Below, one piece after another: positions 15,750 to 27,015 of a DNA stretch of 64,000 bases. The stretch covers positions 201,934,001 to 201,998,000 of the forward strand of contig NW_027362761.1 in the NCBI RefSeq assembly GCF_046119375.1, given 5' to 3'. The notes below the pieces were generated by a model. The model had not been told where the DNA came from, did no database searches, and saw only the letters and a list, made by a program, of their open reading frames with translations. The number at the start of each line of letters is the position of its first letter. Within the stretch, counting starts at the first letter, position 1. Source of the DNA: Phyllobates terribilis (Eukaryota). The translations under genes and the position numbers were made by a program.

Positions 15750-17399
15750 CAGTTATATGAAAAAGTTTGGGCACCCCTATTAATCTTAAGCTTAATGTTT
15801 TATAAAAATTGGTGTTTTTGCAACAGCTATTTCAGTTTGATATATGTAATAACTGTTGGACACAGTATTGTTTCTGCCTTGAAATGAGGTTTATTGTACT
15901 AACAGAAAATGTGCAATCTGCATTCAAACAAAATTTGACAGGTGCATAAGTATGGGCACCTCACCAGAAAAGTGACATTAATATTTAGTAGATCCTCCTT
16001 TTGCAAAAATAACAGCCTCTAATCGCTTCCTGTAGCTTTTAATGATTTCCTGGATCCTGGATGAAGGTATTTTTGACCATTCCTCTTTACAAAACAATTC
16101 TAGTTCAGTTAAGTTTGATGGTCGCCGAGCATGGACAGCCCTCTTCAAATTATCCCACAGATGTTCAATGATATTCAAGTCTGGGGACTGCGATGGCAAT
16201 TCCAGAACATTGTAATTGTTCCTCTGCATGAATGCCTGAGTAGATTTGTAGCGGTATTTTGGATCATTGTCTTGCTGAAAGATCCATCCCCAGCGTAACT
16301 TCAACTTTGTCACTGATTCTTGAACATTATTGTCAAGAATCTGCTGATACTGAGTGGAATCCATGCGTCCCTCAACTTTAACAAGATTCCCGGTGCCAGC
16401 ATTGGCCACACAGCCCCAAAGCCTGATGGAACCTCCACCAAATTTTACTGTGGGTAGCAAGTGTTTTTCTTGGAATGCTGTGTTTTTTTGCCGCCATGCA
16501 TAATGCCTTTTTGTATAACCAAACAACTCAATCTTGGTTTCATCAGTCCACAGGACCTTCTTCCAAAAAGAAATTGGCTTCTCCAAATGTGCTTTTGCAT
16601 ACCTCAGCCGACTCTGTTTGTGGCGTGCTTGCAGAAACGGCTTCTTTCGCATCACTCTCCCATACAGCTTCTCCTTGTGCAAAGTGCGTTGTATAGTTGA
16701 CCGATGCACAGTGACATCATCTGCAGCAAGTTGATGCTGCAGCTCTCTGGAGGTGGTCTGAGGATTGTCCTTGACTGATCTCACCATTCTTCTTCTCTGC
16801 CTTTCTGAAGTTTTTCTTGGCCTGCCACTTCTGGCCTTAACAAGAACTGTCCCTGTGTTCTTCCATTTCCTTACTATGATCCTCACAGAGGAAACTGACA
16901 GGTTAAATCTCTGAGACAGCTTTTTGTATCCTTCCCCTGAACAACTATGTTGAATAATCTTTGTTTGCAGATCATTTGACAGTTGTTTTGAGGAGCCCAT
17001 GATGCCACTCTTCAGAGGAGATTCAAACAGGAGAACAACTTGCAAGAGGCCACTTTAAGTAGCTTTTCTCATGATTGCATACACCTGGCTATGAAGTTCA
17101 AAGCTCAATGAGGTTACAAAACCAAAAAAAGTGCTTTAGTAAGTCAGTAAAAAGTAGGTAGGAGTATTTAAAACAAGAAAATGATAAGGGTGCCCATACT
17201 TATGCACCTGTCAAATTTTGGTTGAATGCAGTTTGCACATTTTCTGTTAGTACAATAAACTTCATTTCAAGGCAGAAACATTACTGTGTCCAACAGTTAT
17301 TACATATATCAAACTGAAATAGCTGTTGCAAAAACACCAATTTTTATAAAACATTAAGCTTAAGATTAATAGGGGTGCCCAAACTTTTTCATATAACTG
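15750..17399 (-). mobile_element. Full-length Tc1 element with IR/DR-type TIRs (1650 bp)
   Basis: About 210-bp TIRs starting CAGTTATATGAAAAAGTTTGGGCACCC, with an inner DR AAGTATGGGCACC and a TA TSD. Inserted into the hairpin of a Harbinger MITE. Confidence 0.95.
15978..17000 (-). CDS. Tc1 DD34E transposase, uninterrupted 340-aa ORF
   Basis: Starts MGSSKQLS. Contains a paired-like HTH, GRPRK, WTDETK, FQQDNDP and SPDLNIIE, with 34 residues between the second D and the E. Confidence 0.92.
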   Translation of the reverse strand: MGSSKQLSNDLQTKIIQHSCSGEGYKKLSQRFNLSVSSVRIIVRKWKNTGTVLVKARSGRPRKTSERQRRRMVRSVKDNPQTTSRELQHQLAADDVTVHRSTIQRTLHKEKLYGRVMRKKPFLQARHKQSRLRYAKAHLEKPISFWKKVLWTDETKIELFGYTKRHYAWRQKNTAFQEKHLLPTVKFGGGSIRLWGCVANAGTGNLVKVEGRMDSTQYQQILDNNVQESVTKLKLRWGWIFQQDNDPKYRYKSTQAFMQRNNYNVLELPSQSPDLNIIEHLWDNLKRAVHARRPSNLTELELFCKEEWSKIPSSRIQEIIKSYRKRLEAVIFAKGGSTKY

Positions 17400-18492
17400 T
17401 ATAGTGTGACTTGAGAGAATGTAAAAAAATAAAAAAATAAATATATACTTACCTTCTGATGGCCCCCGCAGTCTTGCTTCACCGTCCCGGCTGCCGGCAG
17501 CGGTACACTGAAGGACCTGCCGACGTCAGCGTTGCGTGACCCGTCACATGACTATGACGTCAGCGCAGGTCCTTCAGTCCATCGCGAACTGCCGGCAAGC
17601 AAGGAGGAGTGCAGCGCGGGCCATCAGAAGGTAAGTATAATATTTATTTTTTATTTTATTCTTTTATTTCACAGTTTCTGGGGTACCCGGGTCCGGAGGA
17701 AAGTCTCCTCTTCTCTAGACCTGGGTACCATCCACACATTAGAACGCATGGAATGCGCATCTACATATATAGTGATGCGTAATCCATGCGGTCTAATGCA
17801 AGTCAATGGCGGCGAAAACGCAGCGCTTCCGCAAAATAATTGGTAGTGCTGCGTTTTTTTCCGCAATGATAATCCGCAGCGGAAATTTCCGCAGCATGTG
17901 CACAGCACATGCGGATTATCATTGGGGAACATGGCAGGCCTTCTACCATGCGTTTTTTAAGCGTTTCTGCAGCATTTTTGCCGCTGCAGAAACGCTTAAA
18001 AAACGCATCGTGGGCACACAGCCATAGTGATTGTACTCTATTATGATTTTTTCCATAGTAAAATCTGCTGCTAAGTACAGAACGAGTAGTACCACAAGCT
18101 GCTGAGAAAATCTGCAACAAAAAACTGAGCAGCGCTGCAGATTTGTCATCTATAACATGTCAATTTATGCTGCAGATCTTTATATTGTATTTCACCTTTT
18201 GCAATGCCAAAGGTGAAATGGCGGTAAATCTGCAGCACTGTGCAGAAAAGGATGGAAAAAAAATGAATGTTCATGCTCAAGGGGTGGGGGGGGGTTGGAG
18301 CATTTATTGTGGGCCAAGATTATTAATTGACTCCATGACTGCACTGGAAAACTTTCCTTATGAATCAGCAGTACAATAGTCCAGCATAGTAACATAAAGG
18401 GTGTAGTTTGGAGGTGGCGGGAGTCAAAGGGGTGCGCCAACAAGCCATTTTGATTGGGCCGATATATGTTGGTTGAGGGTAGTACCATTGTA

Positions 18493-19552
18493 CATTGTGT
18501 TCCAAATTATTATGCAAATAGGATTTCAGTGTCATAAAGATTTAATTTTTTGTTTCTCAAATTAAACTCATGGATGGTATTGTGTCTCAGGGCTCTTTGG
18601 ATCACTGAAATCAATCTTAAACACTTGTGATAATTAGTTTGCCAGGTGAGTCCAATTAAAGGAAAACTTCCACATTATTAAGCAGGTCACAGGTTTCAAG
18701 CATTATGGAAAAGAAAAAAGAATCTTTCTGCTGCTGGAAAAGGTCAACTAGTTCAATGTCTTTGACAAAGTATGAAAACATTAGATATTTTAATAAAACT
18801 TAAAAGGGGTTTCCCACGAACAAAAGTTCAATTTATTCATGAGATCTTGGAATAATATTAAGTTCCACAATAGGAAGTGATTAAATAAAATGTTCCTGTG
18901 TTGAGATAATCTTATAAATGTGCCTCTGCTGTGTACTGTGTAATGGCTGTGTCTGACCGTACAGGAACATGGTCTGATCATACCACAGCTCCTGCGCAGA
19001 GAAGGACGCAAAAGAGTATACAGACATTACAGCAGGGGATCACAGCTGATTCTTATTATGAGGTAAAACTTTTCTCTGCCTGCTTTTATACAATGTTTTA
19101 CCTCACAGAATCATCTGTAATCCCATTCTGTAATGTCTGTATACTCTCTGCTTCCTCCACTGCCCAGGAGCTGTGGTATGATCAGACCATGTTCCTGCAC
19201 GGTCAGACACAGCCATTACACAGTACACAGCAGGGGCACATTTATAAGATTATCTCAGCACAGGGACATTTGTTTTCATTTTATCCAATTATGGAACCTA
19301 TTATTATTCCAAGATGTAGTGAATAAAATGAACTTTTGTGAACTTTAAGTGTGATCATCGTACTGTGAAGAGATTTGTGGCCGATACAGAACACAGAAGG
19401 ATATGTGCAAATAAGGGCATAATGAAGAAGGTTTCTGCCAGACAAATTCATTGGATTAAGAGAACAGCTGCTAACTTACCATTACAAAGGAGCAAACAGG
19501 TATTTGAAGCTGCTGGTGCCTCTGGAGACCCGCACATCTCAAGGTGCAGGAT
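18493..19552 (+). mobile_element. Truncated Tc1-family element interrupted by a Kolobok MITE
   Basis: Starts GTTCCAAATTATTATGCAAAT. The transposase N-terminus (..KLKCDHRTVKRFVAD..) is restored when 18804-19344 is removed. Confidence 0.78.
18804..19344. mobile_element. Kolobok/T2-type MITE
   Basis: TTAA TSD and long internal inverted arms. Removing it restores the Tc1 frame. Confidence 0.8.
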
Positions 19553-19557
19553 CCTCA

Positions 19558-21305
19558 GAGCACACGTCAAACTCTGGCCCATTGGCCAAATCTGGACTGC
19601 ACGATGAGTGTATTTGGCCCAAGACACAACCCGCCTGGCATCACACTTTCAACTGTGTCGACATCCTGGATGCCAATAGAGTTGAAAGCAATGATGAAAG
19701 AGGGAGCGGTAAGCTGAGGCTGCCTCCACTATCATTCTCCCTCTTCATCTGACATTTCAGTACAGCGGCAGCGATGACGTCACTACTGAGGAGTGCAGAA
19801 GTTCAGAGCGCTTGTTGCCAAGATCAGAGCAGCAAGGGAGAGGTATTTTTTTGTTTTAATGTGGGGCCATTATACTGTATGGAAGACTATGTCGGGCCCA
19901 TTATACTCCGTTATACTGTATGGAGGACTACGTGGGGCCCATTATACTGTATGGAGGACTATATGGGGCTATTATACTGTATGGAGGTCTATGTGGGGCC
20001 CATTATAGTGCATGGAGGGCTGTGCGGGGTCATTATACTGTATGGAGGGCTGTGTGGGGCCATTATACTGTATGGAAGGCATTGCAGTGTACCCATTATA
20101 CTGTATGAAGGACTATGTGAGGCCCATTATACTTTATGGAGGACTATGTGGGGCCATTATACTTTATGGAGGACTATATGGGGCTATTAAACTGTATGGA
20201 GGTCTATGTGGGGCCCATTATAGTGTATGGAAGGGAATGCAGGGCCTGTTATACTGTATGGAGGACTATGTCGGGCCCATTATACTCCATTATACTGTAT
20301 GGAGGACTAAGTGGGGCCCATTATACTGTATGGAGGACTATATGGGGCTATTATACTGTATGGAGGTCTATGTGGGGCCCATTATAGTGCATGGAGGGCT
20401 GTGCGGGGTCATTATACTGTATGGAGGGCTGTGTGGGGCCATTATACTGTATGGAAGGCATTGCAATGCACCCATTATACTGTATGAAGGACTATGTGAG
20501 GCCCATTATACTTTATGGAGGACTATGTGGGGCCATTATACTTTATGGAGGACTATATGGGGCTATTAAACTGTATGGAGGTCTATGTGGGGCCCATTAT
20601 AGTGTATGGAAGGGAATGCAGGGCCTGTTATACTGTATGGAGGACTATGTTGGGCCATTATACTATATGGAGGGCTGTGCGGGGTCATTATACTTTATGG
20701 AAGGCATTGCAGTGCACTCATTATTCTGTATGGAGGACAACGTGGGGCCCATTATACTTTATGGAGGACTACGTGGGGCCCATTATACTGTATGGAGGAC
20801 TATGTGGAAGATATTATACTGTATGGAAGGCAATACAGTTATGGGGTCACCATACTTTGCTGAGAGGCAGGTACAGTAGGGTCAACATACAGTACGGGTG
20901 GAGGGTACTGTGGAGGAATTCACTGTGTGGGTATCCTACTGTGTTTGGCGGGCACTTTTATTGACAACATTCTTTATGTTCTGTATTATTCAATGTTTTT
21001 ATACTTTGTTATTACATATTTAAATTAGGCAATTGGGCCATATGCTTTTTACTGCTCTTATATATTATTCCAGTATGTCCAATTTGTAAATAAGTTTATT
21101 TTATTCTAAGATCTATTAATTAAAATGTACTTTGTTTGTGGGACACACTCTTTAACTTTGTTTCCATATGAAAAGCTTCATCGTTATATTTGATGATATG
21201 GAAAAACTTTCTCAATTATAGACTTTTTTTAAATAAATATCAAGGTTGGCCCGCGACTTTGTCCACGTTTTTAATTTTGGCCCTGTGTGTATTTGAGGTT
21301 GCTCT
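19558..21305. mobile_element. Degenerate hAT/Charlie-like non-autonomous element containing a minisatellite
   Basis: Ends resemble GTCAAACTC.GGCCC and GGCCC...TTTGA. TSD not resolved. Confidence 0.5.
19861..20830. repeat. Minisatellite of about 28 bp with a 379-bp higher-order period
   Basis: Unit GGGGCCCATTATACTGTATGGAGGACTATGT. Track ORFs recur at a 379-bp offset (20012/20391 and 20136/20515). Confidence 0.9.
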
Positions 21306-21959
21306 AAGCAGAAGGTCTGGGTGGGCACACGGGCGTCGGTGCAGCAGATGGGTGTAGCATGTGGGAAACAGAGCGCAAAGTAACTAGAAGCCACATTCAG
21401 ACGCGTATAGGCAAGCTAAAAGTTTTAATAAAGTCCTGGAAACCTCAGACAAACAGGTGGGATGCTGGAAACTGCAGGAAAAGTCCAGGAGACAACAGGC
21501 AAGGAGGCAGGATGCTGGAAACCGTTGGAAGATGGGAGACGTCCAGGAGACCACAGGCAAGCAGGCGGGATACTGGAAACCACAGGCAGATGGAAGACAT
21601 CCAGGAGACCACAGGCAAGCAGACAGGATGCTGAAAATAACAAGCAAGCAGGAGACTGCAGGTGGAATGCTGGAAACCACTGGCAGCCAGGGAACGTCAA
21701 GGAGATCACAGACAGGTAGCAGACAAAACTCCAGAGTAACATGAAAGTCTAAGACCATGGAAGCCGCACAAAGCCAAGAAGATGTCCTTAAAATCACAGG
21801 TGAACATGTAGAAGAGGTCCTAGAAGAAAGGAGACAGGTAGCAGACAGAACTCCGGAGAAAGTAGAAAGTCTGAATACCCTGGAAGCTGCAGACAGCCAG
21901 GAAGACGTCCTGGAAACTGCAGGAAGTTGCGATACTGAAAATCGCAGGCAAGTAGATAG

Positions 21960-22530
21960 TGTAAGGTAGCGCTATTCATCATGTTGAGGGGCACTCACTT
22001 CACCGGGTCAATTAAAGCATACATGCAACGTTTTCCGGTAATCTACAGTCCAGCAGTTTATTAAACATCATAAACTGCCTATAACATAGTCCATCTCAGT
22101 GGCTCGCAGGCATGTTACACATGTAATATCCAAGAGCCTTTCCAGTGGCAGATATGCCCACTTGGCTTCAGATACAGCCTTCAGCAAGGTTACAATATCA
22201 ATGTCCATATCAAGCAGAGTTTTTACCTTTGCCGGGTCTAGCGGCTTCCATCAGCTCTGTTCTGCCAAAGCTGTGGCTTAAGGCTCACCAGGTGTGGCCC
22301 CCCCCCCAGGCCACGTGCCTTCCAGGGCTCATGGTGTCCCAGACACAGGGATCAGGTCTTTTGTCTTCCCCCCACTGTTTCAAAACCACCAGGATTTATA
22401 TATCCTTCTGTGCGCACAGGACCTGTGATGATGTCACAGTCATGTGATCAGTCACCTGAAGGGGAGGTACGTGGTCAGCCAGAACACACCCCCTGGACAT
22501 TTTAGTAATGCAGCAATACGCTGCATTACA
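21960..22530 (-). promoter_or_regulatory. 3' LTR of the CGN-FXR1 element
   Basis: 571-bp copy of 27299-27865, preceded on the minus strand by the polypurine tract AGAGGGGGGG-TATA (about 22531-22544). Confidence 0.88.
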
Positions 22531-22586
22531 TATACCCCCCCTCTGTTCAAACTTGTGGGGTTGAACACATAATATGCACAATCACA

Positions 22587-24800
22587 TTATAACCCACGGT
22601 TCACAGAGAGACCATGTACTGGACATTTGCGCTGCTCAGCCCCTGGAACATTAGTCATCAACATTAGCTCATTCCTTAGGAACCTACCATCTGTCATTGT
22701 CACTAACTTCGTCAAGTCACATTTCCGAGTCGTAACCTTGTCAGACCTCCCCCGCTCCCAGCGGTCAATACAGCAGTGTGACTCACTTGCCCTTGTATCT
22801 AAGGTCAGGTCCGACTTCGTACTGTCCCGTACTCTATTGGGTCGTTTGTATGGGCCTCTCAGACCTGAGTTACTGGAGGTCTCACTACCTCTAAACCCAC
22901 AACCCACGCCCACTATCCTCAGGACATCTTGAAAGGTCTCTAACTTCTACTGTAGCCGTTCTATTATTTAGAGGGCCCTTTCTCTGTCTGGTCTCACAAT
23001 TTATAGATGGCTGCCATCTTCTGCTGCTCAGGCGATGCTGTCTTTCCATTCGCAGTCTGGCGAGATTCAACTGTTCTACCTCTCGCAGGTAGGTCACTCG
23101 GTACTCCATCAGCATTCGTATATATGCAAGGTTTTTTTCCGTTCCTACAGCGGAGAATGACACCATGCCGTCTTCATCCGGTATCCAGTCCTGATGATCA
23201 CGTGGACTTCTTACTTTCATCACACCAGACTTCATTACCATCATTTGCATGGCTTGGCCATTTCTCCCAATGAGCTTTCTTACCAGAGCATGAGGCACCC
23301 GGATGACCTCTTCCCGCAGACTTTGAGCTTTTCTCATAAGCTCCAGTTGTCTAATGGCTTGTTCCGTCTTCAACCGGACAAACCGCCTAGTGCGAACACA
23401 TCGCCAGTGCATGTCACTTAGGATAGCCACCCTCTTCACTGTGACTTCGGTTGTAGACAGGACCACCAGCTGTTTAGCTTCTGAGGTCGAGTACACCTTA
23501 CAGGCTCCCATGGCCTTCTTAAACTCCTCATGCACGGACTCGCTGGTGCATTTGACGCGCCCCCTGGCCCGTGGGGTACTCGGCAGCCGGGCCTCTGGTT
23601 GCCGGGGAATATCACGGTGGCTGGCCCGGTCCGTGACTCAGGGCTGTCAGTGAAATGGGGGAATGCTTTTATATGGAGATTTTTGGTATTTTTTCATGAC
23701 GCCACCTGTGGATTCTGGTAAGAGGTTACCAGCGCTGCGGCAGTCCACTGAGGCTGATGTTAGGGGGCAGCTATGATGGGACGGCTCCCCACAGGTGGAG
23801 CGGGCCTCAGGGCAGAGTAGATAGATAGATGGTGGAATGGTGTGCTGGGCGTTGTAGTGCGGTGAGGATCAGTGGTGCCGGTGAAGAAACAGACAGAGGC
23901 TGTTCGATGCAGTCGTCCAAGGTTTTACTTCCAGTTCTTAGGCAAATCACAAATGCACTTTGCAGGTGAAGGCCTCCTTCGTCGCGCTGCGTTCACCGGG
24001 CAGGGGTTCAGTCCTTTCTGAGCAAATTTAGGAATGCCTGGCGGAACCCCACTTTCATATGTACCTATCTTGACCTTTTCCACACTCGGTCCTTCTCACC
24101 GTGGTCCTACGCTGCTCACTCTCATTCCCGCTCGGGTATGCTGAAGTCCTTCCTGTACGTCGGATCCGGGATCAACCTGACCCCCTGGGGTTTTGAGTGT
24201 AGCAACCGATCCCTCCTGATCACCTGGCAGGAGCGGGGCGTACGGGTGCCGTCCTGCACGCGCCGTACCCCCTGGGATCCCTCAAGTAGAATGGAGCCTG
24301 CTCCCTGCTCCCCTCCGGGGCCTCGATCCTGGGCCCTAACTTGTGGAGCAGAGCTCTGACTGAGCCTCTGCTCCCGGACTGTTCGTCTGAACAGCCCTAA
24401 CTAGAACTGCCCACTGTACTGGACTGAACTGAACTCAACTCTCCTAGACCTAATATGGCTTCCTATATATACTTACTGTATATGTGCTCCGTGTATCTGT
24501 TTCCTCCATCCACACCCACTATTGGTTCCCCCTACCTTTGGGTTCCCCCCCTACTCCAGCCAGGGCCAGGGCTCAGCAGAAAACTACATTGCGTCTTGCC
24601 CCTCCTGCTGGCCTGGAGCAGTGTTGTGTTGGATGTAGGTGGTTGGGGTTCCGTGCAGCACTCCCTCCTTACCTGAGAGAAGGGAGACACCACACCTCGG
24701 GGTGAGGTGCAGTATCTCTGTGGCGACTGAACCCTCAGGGGCGCCACACATTCAGTCTCTCAAATCTTCAGCTACATCTATGAGGCACTTGTACCGAGAA
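22587..24800 (-). pseudogene. fxr1: Intronless FXR1-derived segment (KH0 region, KH2, RGG/C-terminal region), split by a solo LTR
   Basis: YKCLIDVAEDLRD (about 24800-24757), then after the solo LTR CTSESVHEEFKKAMGAC..KRVAILSDMH..VP..LV.KLIGRNG..KSGV..EDGMV.F..VGT..YLREVEQL. In a shifted frame, DSTKSDLTLDTRASESH matches FXR1 DNTESDQTADTDASESH. Confidence 0.87.
23553..24748 (-). mobile_element. Gypsy-type solo LTR nested in the FXR1 segment
   Basis: TGACGCGCCCCCTGG...CAGGGGCGCCACA with a 4-bp TSD CATT (23549-52 and 24749-52). Ends are shared with the 29203-30388 copy. Confidence 0.85.
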
Positions 24801-25307
24801 GTTTCTGTTTCCCCAGTGGTCTCCAAACGATCATCAGGTTCAGGATTCAGGGACAACTAACTTTCAGCTTCTTCACCCTGTATGCTTCCCCTGAGCTGAC
24901 TCACAGCTATGAATTCAAGAATTCTCCTCAGGTCCACCTTCTCATGGTATAAAGGATTAAGCGCACCTTGTTTGCCCTTTCCCTTCTCCAAGGCGGCCTC
25001 GTTCACTCATTGGTACTTGCCAGGCGAGCTCGAAAACTTTTTCCTCTAGCTCAGCTACTCGCCTCTTAGCAGCCCATCTCTGAAGCTCTTCCTGCTTCAA
25101 CTGCTCCTATATCAGTAGAGTGCTCTCAGACCTCTCTGTCTCCAATGCGCCCACTCGGCTCTCGACAGCCAGTCTCTCAATCTTCTATTGCTTCAAATGG
25201 GCTTCTAGCGTCTCCTTGAGCTCCTTGATCTCGGCTCTTACATCCACTGAATCATCCAAGCTCGCATTATTCGAGGTGGTATTTACTTCATACCTCCCTT
25301 CTCCAGT

Positions 25308-26200
25308 GGCAAACTCCTGACCCTGGTCTGTGGCTTCTCTGATAGACTCCTCCATCTTTTCCCGCTCAGCTTCCATCCTGCCGATTCTATCCTTAAGGCA
25401 CGTCTCTGCCCTCTGGAGTTCATCACAGAACATCTGCAGCTCCTTCACCTGAGCTTCCAGTCCTAGGATCTTTCTGCGGAGAACATCATTCTCATCACGG
25501 GTGTCCTGTAGAGTGGTCTCAATCACTTGGTGCATGTGCTCTGCATCTGCCTTATCATCCTCTAATTTTTTCTTAACCTTGAGGATATCCTCATAGTCTC
25601 TCTTGGTTTGTTGCAGTTCCCTATTGAATTGTTCACACAGTTGTTCTAGGTCTTGATCATGTCCAGAAACTTCATCCTTCAGCGCCCCTTTTAAGGCAGA
25701 TAGCTCCCTATCCCTCTGGTGTAGACCCTCATCCAGACTTTGCTTCTCCTGAATCAGCTCTGACTGCACCAGGGAGAGACGCTTTTTCATCTCGTACAGC
25801 TCATCTTCAGACTCCACTTTCTCAAGCTTCAACTGAAAAACCTCCTCTTTGGTTTTGCGGAGGTTCTCTTTATTTTTCTGGAACATTTCCTTCCATTTGT
25901 TGATTTCCTCGCTGCTTTCCTCCAGTTCTCGCTGCAAGTTCCTCACAACCTGGTTTATTTTCTGCCGTTCAGACACCAGGCTCAACTGGTCCTAGGACAC
26001 GTTCTCCATGTTTTCCTTAGTTACTGCACGTCGCTCTGATACTGCTGCCTGACAGGCTCCAGCTCTTGGTCATGTTTGGCCACCTCCTCTTTCAGTGCCC
26101 CTTTCAGGGCTGTTGGTTCCTGATCCTTCAGTCTCAGTAGATCATCCAGCTTGTAACGAATCTGCAGAACTGCATCCAACTCTTCCACCTGATCTTCATT
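25308..26200 (-). pseudogene. cgn: Intronless cingulin coiled-coil rod fragment inside the LTR element
   Basis: ORFs 26021..26311 and 25185..25985 contain [58 protein letters not shown] and IETTLQDTRDENDVLRRKILGLE, all collinear with the cingulin rod. They are joined by a 1-nt frameshift and two stops near 26023-25990. Confidence 0.88.
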
Positions 26201-26721
26201 GTTGTCCGATACTGTACCGGAGGTTGCTACTGGCAACGTCACCTCCTCTTCCCTCCTGATCTCCTCTGCTTCTAAAGGAGGATCCACACTTGGAATAAAG
26301 GCACACAGCATTGCATTTTCTTTATTTACCCTTTCAGCAAAGGCTACAGGAGCAACTTTTTTGTGGCCTTTGCGCCTTCGACGACGAGAGGGGGGACTTT
26401 CTCACCTTGTTTAACTCCTCCTGACTGAACTCTTTTTCTACTTTCGTAGTGTCACTGTCAGCTGTGGGGTCTGTGTCACTCCCCATGGTGTTATGGACCA
26501 ACAAGTCACCTCCCACTTTGATGTTAACCCCTTCTTCTGGAGCTAATCAGTTAGCAACGGTCGAATTGTCATTTTAAGGCGGTACCAACACACGACCAGT
26601 AACCAATTTTGGTATTCTACGCTCCACCCTCTTTTGGACAACCACACCTGTAGGGTTTTTTTAAAAAAAAAAAAAAACACGCGATAGTCTTAGGACCCAG
26701 TTCACAACATCTCTTACCACC

Positions 26722-27015
26722 TCACTGGGAACTCTGGGATAGTGCCAGCACCACAGGAGAACTCAAGGAATGGTCTGCTGCCGCCATTCTGTAACATGCC
26801 AACAGCTCCCGCCATTCCTGTACCACGTCCTGCTGCAGCTGCAACAGGCACTTTAATCGCTCAATAGCTTCAGTTTCATTTTCTGCTCCCTTCAGAGCCA
26901 TCTTTATCAGCTCCTGCATTTCTTCAGGACACTCCATTTTGCTGCAGAACGTTTGCAGCTGGTCATCCCACCACTTCTCCATTCCGTCTGGGGATACTGC
27001 TCCATTCATAGCCAT
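26722..27015 (-). CDS. Short upstream helical ORF of the LTR element, unknown product (about 97 aa)
   Basis: The 3' part of track ORF 26722..27234 (MAMNGAVSPDGMEKWWDDQLQ...) lies between the PBS-proximal repeats and the main ORF. No homology recognised. Confidence 0.35.
   Translation of the reverse strand: MAMNGAVSPDGMEKWWDDQLQTFCSKMECPEEMQELIKMALKGAENETEAIERLKCLLQLQQDVVQEWRELLACYRMAAADHSLSSPVVLALSQSSQ

Larger units (their letters stand above)
15440..18023. mobile_element. Harbinger MITE family A, reverse copy split by a Tc1
   Basis: Reverse complement of 57460-58318, with a Tc1 inserted at a TA in the CACACTATATAAATCCATG hairpin. Confidence 0.8.

Noticed and set aside
19774-20964. Tyr/Gly/Cys-rich keratin-associated-like ORFs and a CRISPR-like periodicity
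   Set aside because: This is a contiguous minisatellite without unique spacers, in a eukaryotic context with no cas genes.
22627-22932. Plus-strand 101-aa ORF
   Set aside because: It is antisense to the FXR1-homologous frame and has no independent homology.
26290-26405. Putative small intron in the cargo ORF (AAG|GTGAGA...CCAAG|)
   Set aside because: The phases are incompatible. A 1-nt frameshift in the C6 run explains the frame change more simply.
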